From Setoptus koraiensis (lineage: Eukaryota > Animalia > Arthropoda): a stretch of 64,000 nucleotides of DNA. The position numbers and the translations under genes were made by a program. The notes under the pieces were generated by a model. The model was not told the origin of the DNA. It did not search any database and saw only the letters and a program-made list of their open reading frames with translations. This document shows positions 36,895 to 49,572 of the stretch, piece by piece; position 1 is the first letter of the stretch, and every line of letters begins with the position of its first letter. The stretch lies in the NCBI GenBank assembly GCA_048013815.1, contig CM106586.1, forward strand, positions 11,842,001 through 11,906,000. The letters are read 5' to 3'.

Positions 36895-39612
36895 TGAGGT
36901 TGGTTCGCGTCAGCTGACTCTACTCACTAGACTCTAATAGACTCGAGTAGACTCGAGCAGAGTGGCGCTGTGTTTGCAGAGCATCTGTCAAACAATAATA
37001 ACAATAATTGGTCGCATGTCAACACCGTTTAATTGTTTGTGTTTACTCCATATTGGCTGGACTGCACTCACAACTGTCAGTGCTGTGTGCGTGTGTCGTA
37101 ATTATGACGTAACGACTGCGCTATTATAAGTAATGCAAGGCTAATATTGAACTAGCTAATATAGAACACAGGTGAGTACAGGTAAAGAGTGGCTTGTGTG
37201 ATTGCGCAAGCACACGGGCACAAACTCGCTTGTTGGGCCAACAATAGATTTTGTCGTTGGCTCACATTTAACAAGTTGTAAGTGTTTGTGCCAGGCATGA
37301 CAGTTGCCCAGTTTGGTCCATTGAACTTGAGTGGTGCGACATTTATTTATTTATCATTTATTTATACAATTATATTTAGCCAATTATATTTAGTGTTTGT
37401 GGCCAAATTAGATTTCATGATTGTTGGCTGCACAATCTTCACACTGCACATTGCGCCACCGATCACGCCAACTACAACAGGTGCCGCGCAGCGCTCGGCA
37501 ACTGGACAATGTCAACTGAACAATGTCAACCGGACAATGTCAACCGGACAAAGTCAAGTGCCACTGCGACGAGAAACAAAAATTGAGTTACGTCGGCAAA
37601 GGGCAAAGGGGTATCTGTCGAGGGCAATCTCTGCTCACGAGTGGCCACACTTACAACGAGTCAGAATGCGAAAGTGTGCCGAGCATCGCAAACAATACGA
37701 GCAGCAGTATACGCAACCACAATGCGCGACAATACGCGACAATGCGCCGCAAAATGCCACCAAATGCCACCGACAAATAATGACGAATAAACAAATAATG
37801 ACGCCACTTCCGGTCCGATGAATCTTGTCTCTCGCTGTGTCTCGCGCTCATTGTGGCCCGCAAGTTGTGGCTCGCAAGTTGTGGCTCGCAATTTGTGAGA
37901 GCGACTCGCCCAAGAGCCAGTTAAAGGCCAACAGTTGACACCAGTCGGCGGTTGGCGTGGCGCGAAGTGAAGTGAAGTGAAGTGGCCAAAAGTCAAGTGC
38001 GCAACGACATCTATGAATGATCCCTTTGATGGTTCAAAGTTTGTTGAGTCTGCTGGCTGGATTCGCTTCGAATCAATTGAGCAAACCGGCAAAAAACGAC
38101 TCTGGACAACAAAGAGTTGATGTTGCGCCATGTGTGCGCTGGCTGCAACAATGATGATCGATGGCCGCTCTCACATTGTTGACTTCTGAAAAAAGAAAAA
38201 ATATTTCTATATATATAAACATATTACATTAGCACGCGAATGGCACGCGTCGCTGCCGACCGGAAACACATGGTCGCATCGGCAACAGCAGCAACAACAA
38301 CAACAACAACAACAGCGGCAGCACATGGCGCTAACCAAAACGACAATTGACCAGCAGACCAACTGCTGAGCTGCTTAATTAAGCGGCCGACGATTAACGA
38401 GCGGCCAACACAATTGAATGGCCGTGCTCTCTCGCTCTCTTTGTGCTCGCCACGCCACCATTTGTGTCCATTTAACAAAGCCAATTTGGCCAATTTGGCC
38501 AATTTGGCCAATTCGGCCATATTTGTGCCGTGTTTGCCCCGTTCGCTAGCACGCCAAAGCAGAGAGTCGTCAGTGTATGCAAATCGGTGTGCAGCTGCCA
38601 AATCACTAATTAAGTTCTGTTCCGACGAGAGTTGCCAGTTTGCAAAACAAATCGCATCGTTGTCGTTATCTGTCCATCTCGCAGCAGTTTGTCAGTTCAT
38701 GCTGCCGCTGTCGTCCGCCAGAGCGGCAACAATGGAACGGCAACGGCGACACGATCGACTCGACTCGACTCGCCGCTCACTAATTAACCTATCGGCCTAA
38801 TCAAGCGAACAAACACACACGCACACGCCAATAATTGCTCACTGACAAACTGCTTGCCGGTGTTAATTGGCCCAACTTATCTCACTAACGAGCTGGCTAG
38901 AAAGTTAGAAATGAAAGTTAGTTAGCGAGCAAACAGCTGATTTGCCGCCGCCGCTGCTGCCGCCGCCGCCGCCGCGAAAAGGTACCGTTGCTTTTGCCCG
39001 CATGTCACATTATGCAATAAACAAATTAAACTCACATTAACATTTGTTTGTTGGCCGCCGCCGCTCATGTCGGCAATCAGGATGATCGCCGACATGATTA
39101 CGGTGCGCTCGGTCTTGGCAAATGGCGCTGATTGCGGACACGATCCGGCGATTCGTGTTCCGTTGAAACAACAACCAAACACAACTGTTGTGTGTGACGC
39201 AATTGTCACGAACCGTCGCATGTATCATGTTTTACTGCCGACAACTTCCGGTCGGTTCAGTTGTCCGTTTAAATGTTTGCATGGTTATGTGTTTGTGTGG
39301 CGGACATTTGAATTTGTTTGGCGCAATGATGACGACGAACGAGTAACCAGACTAACAAGTGACTTGTGACCACACCACCAAACGACGGCCGACAGATCGC
39401 TGGTGCGATTCGAATTCGAGATCAAACGAAATTCGAAATCAAACAAAATTCTAAATCGAACGAACATCAATTCGAAACCGAAACCAGGCGAAAATCAATT
39501 CAGAAGTGTCGCGAGAAACATCCGCCCAATTAGCATACACTTAGCAATTCCGTCAGCATAATCATTAATTTATTATTATTATTGACTCATTGATTTTATC
39601 AATTTTATCAAG

Positions 39613-42600
39613 AGAAATACCCACCGAAGACAACGCCGCCACCGCAGCCACCGCCGCCGCCGCCGCAAGCATCAGGCACGCCCCACGTGAGCCGAACAGT
39701 GCGCTCTAACGAAAGCAATGAAATGACCACCATTAGTGATATCACAGCCGGAAGTGACAACAAAATAATGAGTGATTTTCAATTTACAGTGGACACATCA
39801 CTGGCCGACAACAGAGTGGGCCAGCAGTACGCCGACACGACAACGACAACGCCGAGCACAGTGATGGACAGTGATAATTTGCAGACAGTGATAACGGCGC
39901 CGGCCACCAGAAGGCCGACCAGACAGGCGAGGATACCGGTGAGTAGAGACACGTTGGTGCACGTTGCGGCACGAATCAATCGATAACTACCAACTAACTA
40001 AAGCCACTAACTAATTAGCAACAAATCAATAACAAGAACAGCAACAAATCAACTAAAATAAATAGTGATGGATGAATAACTAACTATAATCAATAATCAT
40101 AATTTCCACAACAGGGCCTCGAAGATTGTCCGCAAGATGTCGCCCATTTGTTTTGCCACAATGGGGGCACTTGTTACCTCAACGCATTCGGCGGAATGTG
40201 TATGTGTCCCGACGGGTTCACGGGGCGCAATTGCGAGAACAAATACGAAACGGCCCGACTGTTGGACAGCGACAGTCCGCCAACTGCAACCAGCAGCACC
40301 GCCAGGCCGCACCGGATCGAGGCCGAACGTGAGTACCCAAGGCATTTTTGTGTTTTGTGATTTTTGTTTTGTGATTTGTGTTTTGTGTTTTGTGTTTTGT
40401 GTTTTGTGTTTTGTGATTTTTGTTTTGTGATTTGTGTTTTGTGATTTTTGTTTGGAGATAGTCGGCCGAACGAGCCAACAACAAGTGTCTGAATCATTGT
40501 GTCTTCCCTCATGTCGCTTGTCGTCGTGTGTGTGTGCGTGTGTGTGCAAGCAACTCAAACAAAACAATTGGCTAGTCCAGTTTCATAACATAGTTGCATA
40601 ATGTTTGTCAACTAACTAATGGCAAATATTGACCTCATCGCTCTGCGTCTGCAATCAACTGGCTGCCAGTCGCAATGGCAGTCGAGTGGTCAGTGGTAGT
40701 GACAGCGTTCGTTCAGTTTATTCGTGGCCATCGACAATCTGGTTACGCAATGCTCGCTAATTTAGTTGGTTAGTTAGTCGTTTGCCGTGCTGTGCTGTTG
40801 GCAATTTGTGTTGTGAGTTTGATGTTGTCGCTCATGTTGTTGCTGTTGTCGATGCCGTCGCTGTTGTTGTTGTTGTTATCGTTGTTGTTGCTGTTGTTGT
40901 TGCTGTTGTTGTTGTTGTTGTTGTTGTTGTTGCTGCCATCGTTGTTGTTGCTGCTGTCGTTGTTGTTGCCGGCACCGTGCGTGTGTCCAGTCTAGTGTCC
41001 GAGCAGCAATTTGTCATTTGGTCACCCAGACGAAACGAGATGCGAGCCAATGATTAAACAAAGGTGACAGCGACAGCGCGACCATTAGCCATTTTCCATT
41101 TCGCTCTGATGCTCTCGTTGTATTGACTTTAGTCTTGTTTTTTTTTTCATTTTATTTCGCTCATTTCCTGTTGCTGTTACTGTTGCTGTTACTGTTGCTG
41201 TCACTGTTGGCGTTGCTGATGGCGTCGCTGTTGCCGTTCACGCTCAATGAGTCCCGATGAAGCCGACGAGCCGCTGCTTCGAATCGCAAAGCGCACATCA
41301 CGCTTGCATCAACAGCGACGACAATTGGGCAATTCGACAATTGGGCAAGTCGCTCAAATGAGACAGTTGGCACAATGCAAACAACTCACCAAACAAGCCC
41401 GACACACAGAACGCCAGATATTGCGCAACTAGATTTGCTTGGCGCACCAGCGACCAGCAATTAACAATCGTCCAGTTTAGCGATCAATTAATTAATCAAT
41501 TAATTGATTGCACCGTCTGCTGGAGCCGAGCCGAGCCGAGCCAACGAACGCGCGATCGTCAAGCAGCGAAAATCTCTCTGCGGGCTGACACACTTTCGCT
41601 GTCTGTTGAGCCAACTGACTTTCTTGTTGGGCCAAATCTCGAATATACACACACAGACACAACGCTCATCTCGTTGGCCGCCAGACGAACGGATAAACGG
41701 ACAAACGGACAAACGAATGAACCGATAAACGGACAGAGTTAGTTGTCGACTCGGCCACCAGTGGCAGATTTGTCTGAGTATGGCTAGAGAATATCGTTTG
41801 TTTGTTTGTTCGTTTTTCTGTTTGTTTGCGCCAGGTCTGTGTGCAAAACTTGCGCAATCGGCCACCCACCGAGCCCCAGTCACGGAGCCCCGGTGCGGTT
41901 GTTGAACGAGATACGAGATACAAATATACAAATAAATATGCGATCACATTGCTCAACATGACAACTAATCTCAATAATATTTCTGTATCATGTCTCTATT
42001 TACCTGGGCCCGCAACGCCATTGAATCATTGGCAATGACACACTCAAACACGTTGAAAATATTATATTTTTATCGCCTTGGCAAACGATTTATGCAATCT
42101 ATTTGCTATTTGCGCAGCCATAAATGCCAGCAAGGTGACGGTGGCCAGCCAGGCGCACAACTATTTCACCATAACTCTGCTGGTTTTTGTGATACTCATA
42201 ATAAAGATTGGCCTCTTAATAGTGATCTACCGAAGGTAAGTCATGTAACATTAGTGTGCATTATGACTCATTATTTACGACTAGTGATGCTGGTTGAACT
42301 TGCTAATTGTGCTTTTTGTGCTAATTTATGCTTTTTATCCGCGCGCGCACGCAACCTTGTCCAACTCGCTCTCTCACCTGTCGTGCAGCATGCAACACAA
42401 AAAGGGCCCCAATGTGTGGACAGAGGCCCACGTGAAAAAGAATTATAATTGTGCCAACGGAGCAGCAGTGAAAAACAATGGTGATAATAAAGACAAAGTC
42501 AAGGACACAGCCAAACAGACGGACAACAAACAAGTGGATACGCGCGTCAAAATTGCGCGCGCTCCCACAAACAAGACGACGGCGGTGGCAAGCGAACCAT

Positions 42601-44063
42601 CGCCATTGTATCATGCCACCAATAAACAGCAGCAACACTACGCCATCTATCAAAATGTCAGCCAACAACAATGTCAGTGGCCAATGTGCGGCCACTGGTG
42701 GACCAGCCCAAAACAGCTCAACAGCACTGACACCTATTGGCACAAAACTAATCACCCCCGCAAAGCATTCACAAGTGTTGGCCCCACACAAAACGTCCAT
42801 CGCTCACACAATAAACTGGCCATTGGCGTTGATGGGGCCAACAATTATAAAATCAACCAAAACAACTATGTTGTGGGCGATAACTCGATCACACCGAGCC
42901 TATTGAACCGGCCCACGTCCGGTGTCAATTTTGTTTGGTCAACTCGTGCCACCGCGACTGATGACGCCAACAACACAAAACAGTGGACACGTCGTGCGTC
43001 GTCGTCGTCGCCGCCGTTGTCGTCGTCGCTGTCGTCGTGCTCGTCGCCATCGTCAGCTCAATGTGATTATCGGAGGTCACCATCTAAGCAACTGTGCCAC
43101 TCGACCAACTTGCAAGCGCCCATTAACACTGCCACTGATAGTGACAGTTTGTTGTTATGTAACAACAATTCATCGTTACGACAACAACAACAACAACAAC
43201 AACAACAATTGTTGTTGTCGCCTCAGTGCTTGCGCGCAATTCATAATGCACATACATCATCGTCGTTGATGACGTGCGATGACTACGATGATTGCGTCAT
43301 AGCAACAGCTACAGCGGCCAAGGTGACAGATTGGTGCGGCGAATCGATTGTTCAAGACGAGCCGCTCGGGTCCACAACACAACCACCGTCGGGCACTTTT
43401 CGCACAACACCAACAGCGACAACAACAGCGACAACAACAGCGACAACAACAGCGACAACAACAGCGACAACAACAGCGGCGACAACAGAGACAACAACAG
43501 CAGCGACAACAACAGCAGCGACAACAACAACAACAAACTGCAACGTGCTGTTTGCTGCCGTGATAAATTTCAGCAAACAAGAGGGCCAAGGGACGCCGTG
43601 CTCGTCCTGTGACAGCGGCTTCAGTGGCTGCGACGAGGAGGACAACAATTCAATTAGATCGTACGCCACCAATCACTCATCGTTGGCCCATCGTCAGCGC
43701 GCCCGTCAGCGGCGTCATTGTCACACCGACTACGTGCAACTGGCAAAATGTCAACGAAATTACGTCACCAGCTCACAACAATTGTGGCATTGTGTCGAGC
43801 AACAACCGCCACAACTATCGACGACAGCGACAAGTGCAATGGACCAGAGCAAACACCAGCAACAACAGCAACAAACAAAGCGTGTCATCGCCGGTGATTT
43901 ACCACAGGATCAAGATAAAAAAGTCATTGCCGGGTCGTCGTCGTCACCGTCGGTGAAATCGTCATCTTGCGCGTGTCACTTGTGCCAATCATCGATCACC
44001 ATCCAATCAATATGGTCCCAGTGTCAGCGAGGCCAGCAACAGAAACAATCGCTAATTGTTTAA
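39613..44063 (+). CDS. Single-EGF-domain type-I membrane protein with long low-complexity tail; exons ~39613-39938, 40115-40328, 42118-42235, 42389-44063 (5' exons not resolved)
   Basis: EGF CPQDVAHLFCHNGGTCYLNAFGGMCMCPDGFTGRNC (6 Cys); TM YFTITLLVFVILIIKIGLLIVIY followed by a basic residue; introns of phase 0, 1 and 2 all join in frame. Confidence 0.75.
40343..40450 (+). repeat. TTTTGTG-based heptamer minisatellite in an intron
   Basis: Read directly; explains the spurious KTQNTKH ORFs on the minus strand. Confidence 0.9.
40845..40968 (+). repeat. (GTT/GCT)n degenerate trinucleotide tract in an intron
   Basis: Read directly from the sequence. Confidence 0.9.
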
Positions 44064-44223
44064 GCGCGTTGGCCCCATCGCCAAGATGTTGCCGGCCGCC
44101 GCTTGCAACCGAGACAGATATCGCTGGCATAACTAGGTTTCCATGGTTACTTCATCCTCTGCCACATCACACTTTGGTAAAGTGACTTTACGCAAACTGC
44201 CGTCGTAACAGCAACAGCGCTGC

Positions 44224-44320
44224 CTACACCAAATCGTACACCAAATTGTGCACCAAATTGTACACTAAATCGTGCACCAAATTGTGCACCAAATTGTGCA
44301 CCAAATTGTACACCGAATTG
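44224..44320 (+). repeat. 12-bp tandem repeat x8 (GTRCACCAAATY)
   Basis: Read directly from the sequence. Confidence 0.9.
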
Positions 44321-46322
44321 GCGAATATCGCCCCATTAGCCAAAACTCCTGTTAATTGTACTATCCCGTTGGCATTTGTTGTTATTAAAATTTTATCATC
44401 ATGCGTATGATCTCAGGCCAGCTCGTGTTGTGCAGTTGCAATGGCCAGTGTGCAAATTGACGGGACACAATTCACACAACTGCCTATCTAGTAGCCAATC
44501 CGTTATGCGAACAAACAATAATTGTTGTTATACATGTAATAAATGTTATAGTAAATAATAAATTAACATTATGCCATAAACAATGATCACAGCTAATAAT
44601 CGTTCTCTCGTTTCTTTCTTTTTTTCACATTTCTTGGACCTTATCTAAACTGACCGTTATCCGTCCGACTCGGCATACACAATTGCAGCGATCAGCCAGA
44701 CATTCGGACAGTTACATGACTCAGGTATTATTGTATTAACAAGCACCGGTTGTAACGAGCGATTTCTGGCAGGCGAGCAGTAGCAGCGTAGTTGTTATTA
44801 CTTGCAACGTCGTATGAATATATAATATATAATAACTTTCGTAAAACTAGCCGCTACTCGTTACCATTAGCAAGTGTGTTATTGATCATGTGTCGGGATC
44901 TATCTGACATGGCTCAGGAGTGGCTCAAATTGCATCACATCCAGCCATGAATACATGATGGCTTAATTAATCAATCATAATAAACGTCCACTAGCCAAGA
45001 CATTAGCCCTTCTCATACAAACCTGGGCTAGTTGGCTAGTTGCTGCTGTTTGTTGTTAGCTGTTAGCTGTTAGTAGAGATACTGCACATGCATTAATTAA
45101 ACAGCAACCTGTCCATCCATTTGAGCCGGCTAATTTGCATACAAGTAGTAGGTAATCTAATCTAGTTACAACCGCCATTTAGTTTGTATAACTGTTTCCA
45201 TAACGAATTTATGTTTGTCTGGCGGCGTATATATTGAAATATCTTGCACACACACACACACACTGTTGATATAACATGCAAAATGATCGACGGTCAAACA
45301 GTGAACGGCCACCTTGATTAATCATTAATTGATTATGTATGTGAGGCCTTTGTTTCACTAGGCGTGTCCCTATTTAGTGCCAGTAATAACAACAATATTT
45401 AACATGATGATGAGGTGAGACAACAAGCAAACAACGTTGCTCATTATTACATATTAATAACCAAACACTGACAAACAAAATCTCATCGAGATCACTCATT
45501 GTTCTCAAACAAACTGCTTCAACTAGCTCGCTCGTTGTTCAACAATTGTTGTGCTCACAACAATAACCGAAATTGTATCTCGGACAAACGGATGCTTCGA
45601 CTAAACTGCTTTTTCAACTATTTATCATTCATAATGAGCAGCGACCTCTCTCTCTCTCTCTCTGTCGCTGCTGATCGAAATGAATCGCCGATGAATAGCG
45701 GCGGCTTCCCAATGAGCACCGCTTACAGACTTGATGCTTGTTTGCACCAACACCCGACGAGATGACCTCAGCAAACAACTAACTATTGCATTGTTATGTT
45801 GCATGAATTATCATTAAATCAAAAATTGCGCACAACTGTACGTATTCGGACAGTAAGATCAGCATAATCTATTTAGTTTGCTCAATCGTCAATCATCCCA
45901 TGGTCGCACATTCTGTACAATTTATACAATTAATTGACGATTAAAGAGTGCGGACAACAAACGATATCAGCTTTGGGCGTCCACCGCGACTCGAAGTCTT
46001 TGCTTGAGTGGCGCCGGCATCAACTGGCTTTTTAGTGGTCTGAATTAGGTTGGCCGAAATCTTTCAAACCAAACACTGTCCACTCAGTCAACCGGCCACT
46101 GTCTGGCAGAGGCAAAGCTCAGTCGAGAACCAGGGCTCAATGAGGAATATTCTCGAACAAACAAGATAATTGTTTCAACAGTCACAAAATTACTTGACGA
46201 AATTTCATTGGGCAGTTAGTTTTCTCAGCAGTTAGTTGTGCTTGGTTAGTTTTGCTGGCCGATTGCTGATTCGCTGATTGTACCTTAATTAGCTGACCAG
46301 TTAGTCGCTGTTTCGTCTATTT

Positions 46323-46368
46323 GAGATTTGGTCCGTCATTGACTGAAGTCAAATACGGACCAAATCTC
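46323..46368. other. Isolated inverted repeat / hairpin
   Basis: GAGATTTGGTCCGT / ACGGACCAAATCTC perfect 14-bp stem plus inner TTGAC-TGAA-GTCAA. Confidence 0.8.
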
Positions 46369-49326
46369 GTCAAAGTATTGCGTGGAATGAGCATGCTTGG
46401 TTTTTGTCCGAAATGGTGCATCGTTCAGTCTGGATTGGCACAGAGAATGGCGGTCAGTCAGTAGCAATAAATGGGTATTATATCGGCATAATTGGATGCG
46501 ACTTGCGTAATTGAAAGATGCACACCAATATTGGCAAGTTCAGTAATTTGCCAGTTGGTGGTGTTATTTATTGACAGAATGACTCTAATTGACAACTTTC
46601 GTGCAAATCACCAATTTGTTCTTCATGAGAGTTTGCAATATCGGAAACATTTATGATAGGATCGATCGGATAGAAAAAAGCACTGGCACAAAACAACCAA
46701 TGGACAGGCAGCGAGAGACGAGAATAATTTGAATATTTCAGATCACTCGCTAACAAGATGGGCACGCAGGTGTAGAAGCACGGCTAATGAGGACACCCGC
46801 GCAATGCGGAAGCGGCAAAGTTTTGACGGAGAATGCTGTCAACTAGCAGCCCGGCCTTATTAAACGGTTGCCTCAGCTACGTGCATGCGCCGGATAATTA
46901 CCGAAAGGTCGAAGAAATTGCAAAATTACATTCGGCGAGCCATTGGCCGCGAGACGAACTTTCGAAGCAATGTCGAAGCAATATTTTGATATAATGTTGT
47001 AGGTGTACAACTTTACTGTTTTTGTGTGCAAATAGCGCACAAACACAGTAAATAAATATGATAGAATTGGATTATTTTACATAATACTACTCGTTAAGAC
47101 GAAAATCTCTACCGTCAGGTAATCAGCGGGTCTGATAGATTGATTGATCAATGGCTGATTAATTGATGCATGGAGCAGCCGAGAAAAGTTGGCGCATATT
47201 TGGCCGACGCTCCTTGGAATGGCCCCCAGCGAGAGGCCAGACTCGACAAAAAGTTTTGGTGCTTTTTCGGTTCAAGTGAGCCCCTCGTTACGAGCTCAAC
47301 GACAGCGCCAAGCCATCTCACCAGTCAGGGCCTCTGTGTGCGTGACTGCGGGAGGTGATCGATGAGGAATAAGAATGAATTCACAAATGCTGACTGCTTC
47401 GTATTTGCGCTCCTCACCGATCAATTTAATTTCTTCTCCTATCCGCCGATCGGCTATCGCCAGACGAGACGACGCGCGCACGAGGCCAACGATTGCCAAC
47501 ATGCATACAGGGCTATTTTGGTTTTTTCCAGTGAGAAAATGTCATCTCGACGAGACTCTTTTGTGTGAAGATGCCTATGGTATGCATACCAGCAAAACAT
47601 CACTCAAATGCGTTGTTTAGTAGTTTTAGGTGCACAATCTGAACGGTAGCGAGGCCCGATAGCAGAGAAAAAATCTGCACAAATTGTATGTACAGATGGG
47701 AGCAAACTTGTGAACCGATCGAAGAGAATGTTCACGTTAAAAAACGTTCCCCGCTCGCTTGCCGGCTCGATAGTGCCTAAACGGAATCACAAATATGATT
47801 GTGCCATATAATATATTATAATAGTGCTGTTGATTGGCGATTCGTCGAGCCTCGAACCGAGTGACTGGTGGTCAGTTTGCAAACTGGCACAATAGAATAC
47901 CCAATAGATGGCAGGTATGAGGCTCACGTGATCGAGATATGCCGCCACAACTGACAGTTAGTCATGCTACTGGCCCCATTGGCTAGACAGCGTCGCAGCA
48001 TCGGTGGTTGGGCCCCAACGGAAGAGCCGAAGAACAATCTAGTCGAAACTTTCAAAATTGGAAAGGCTAATTGAACTGTTTTTTTTTCTTTCTTGTCAGC
48101 CCCTTGATTAATATACGTTGTCTGTCGCAAAGCAATGATGCGATTGAGTAGTGAAAAGGTTGTCCGATGCTAACATTTCGCGTTGTATTTATTGCCTTTG
48201 TCGCTCGTTTCATAGTATATTATTAGTGTAAGTAATGAGATTGAGCGTGTTCTGTCGCCCGATTTCTTGGAAATTCACCTGCCGAGTGTGGCCGCCTCTG
48301 TCACTGATTGCCGAGATCTTTGTGTCTATGTTTCTATCACTTCTCATGTGGCCGAAATTTAATTGAAAGCGAGCGAAAAAGAGAAAACGGAAGCCTCTCA
48401 AAAAATACCCATTTTGAGCGTGCAAAATATATAAAATAAAAATGACAAAAGAATCGGTGTAAGAAATGGTATAAACTTATGCAAGCGATTAGTCGAATAT
48501 CTCTTGAATGAACCGCTTAGAGTTTCTGAAAATCTCATTTCTTACTGGACAATCTTTTATATGATTCGTAGAAGGAAGGCAGAAAACAAGCCGAAAGCAA
48601 GTGTGCGTGAATTTTAACATTCATTATAGTTGAGTGTGTTGCAGGTGAGCCAGTTGGCTATTTGTGTGGGAACTGAGGCCCATTGTATCAGATGATTCGT
48701 TGGCTGGCATATCGGAATCGGCCGGAGCTACCAAAATGATCGATTGCGTGCCATAAATTTGATGACAATAGCGTGTCAGACAAGAGACCTTTACCAAGCG
48801 GATGTGATATATGGTTACTTAATATCGATATATACAATGTATTATATACAATGCATTATACGCAATGCATTTTGGAGCGTGATGGACGCAATCATAGGTG
48901 CATCCACATGTCGAAATGGGAAACATAAGTGGTGAATATTTCGGGATGGCGTTTGCGACCAATGACGATTGTAGTGTGTGCTGATGGTAGCGTAAATAGG
49001 AAATAGACAACAAGAGAGTTAGACAATAAGAGTTTGATAATAATAGAATGACTCTAAATTAGATTTAAATTTAAGTGAGTGCGTGTGAAAAATAGTTTCA
49101 TAAGTGGATTTGGGAGAATCACTTAGAAACATTGTTGTCTTGTTCGAGTGACCCGTTCATCTAATAATAGCAACGCTGACCGCGACAACTAGCCCGCGGT
49201 GCACAGCTCATAAATATAAATATAACCAAGTGTATGCAAACTAACAATTGGCGGGGGGCGACACAGAGGCAACGGGTTTACGTGCACCACTTTGAACGCT
49301 CCGGAGGGACGTTTCAAGCGGTGCGC

Positions 49327-49415
49327 AAAGGTCCGAGAAGGTTCAGGAGGGTTCGCGAAGGTTCGGGAAGGTTCGGGAAGGTTCGGGAAGGTTCGGGAAG
49401 GTTCGGGAAGGTTCG
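49327..49415. promoter_or_regulatory. Tandem 10-bp repeat (GAAGGTTCGG) forming a long heat-shock-element-like array
   Basis: 13 consecutive perfect alternating nTTCn/nGAAn pentamers (49351-49415), 18 with three imperfect units. The repeat is certain; HSE function is inferred. Confidence 0.55.
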
Positions 49416-49540
49416 GCCGGCTGATTGGGGGCCAGTTCCGACGTCCCGCGCCGGGTCCTCAATGCGCTTGTGTGTGTGTGAATGGGAAGAGACTGTCCGC
49501 TTGAGCGGCGACAAGATGGCTTGTTTTCGAGCACTCAATG

Positions 49541-49572
49541 TCCCGGGCCCCGCGAGCAGACGGGGCCCGGGA
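49541..49572. other. GC-rich perfect 12-bp hairpin
   Basis: TCCCGGGCCCCG-CGAGCAGA-CGGGGCCCGGGA. Confidence 0.8.

Noticed and set aside
37282-37821. 179-aa ORF with a hydrophobic N-terminus
   Set aside because: GTG start, AT-rich intron-like hydrophobic part and short internal repeats; no family signal.
39067-39282. Possible upstream exon of the EGF gene ending SCPFKCLH|GTTATG
   Set aside because: The phase fits but the donor is weak and there is no clear signal peptide; left unresolved.
44689-44724. 36-nt segment flanked by CAG and GTATTA (micro-exon-like)
   Set aside because: Lies after the EGF-gene stop and cannot be joined to any coding frame without RNA evidence.
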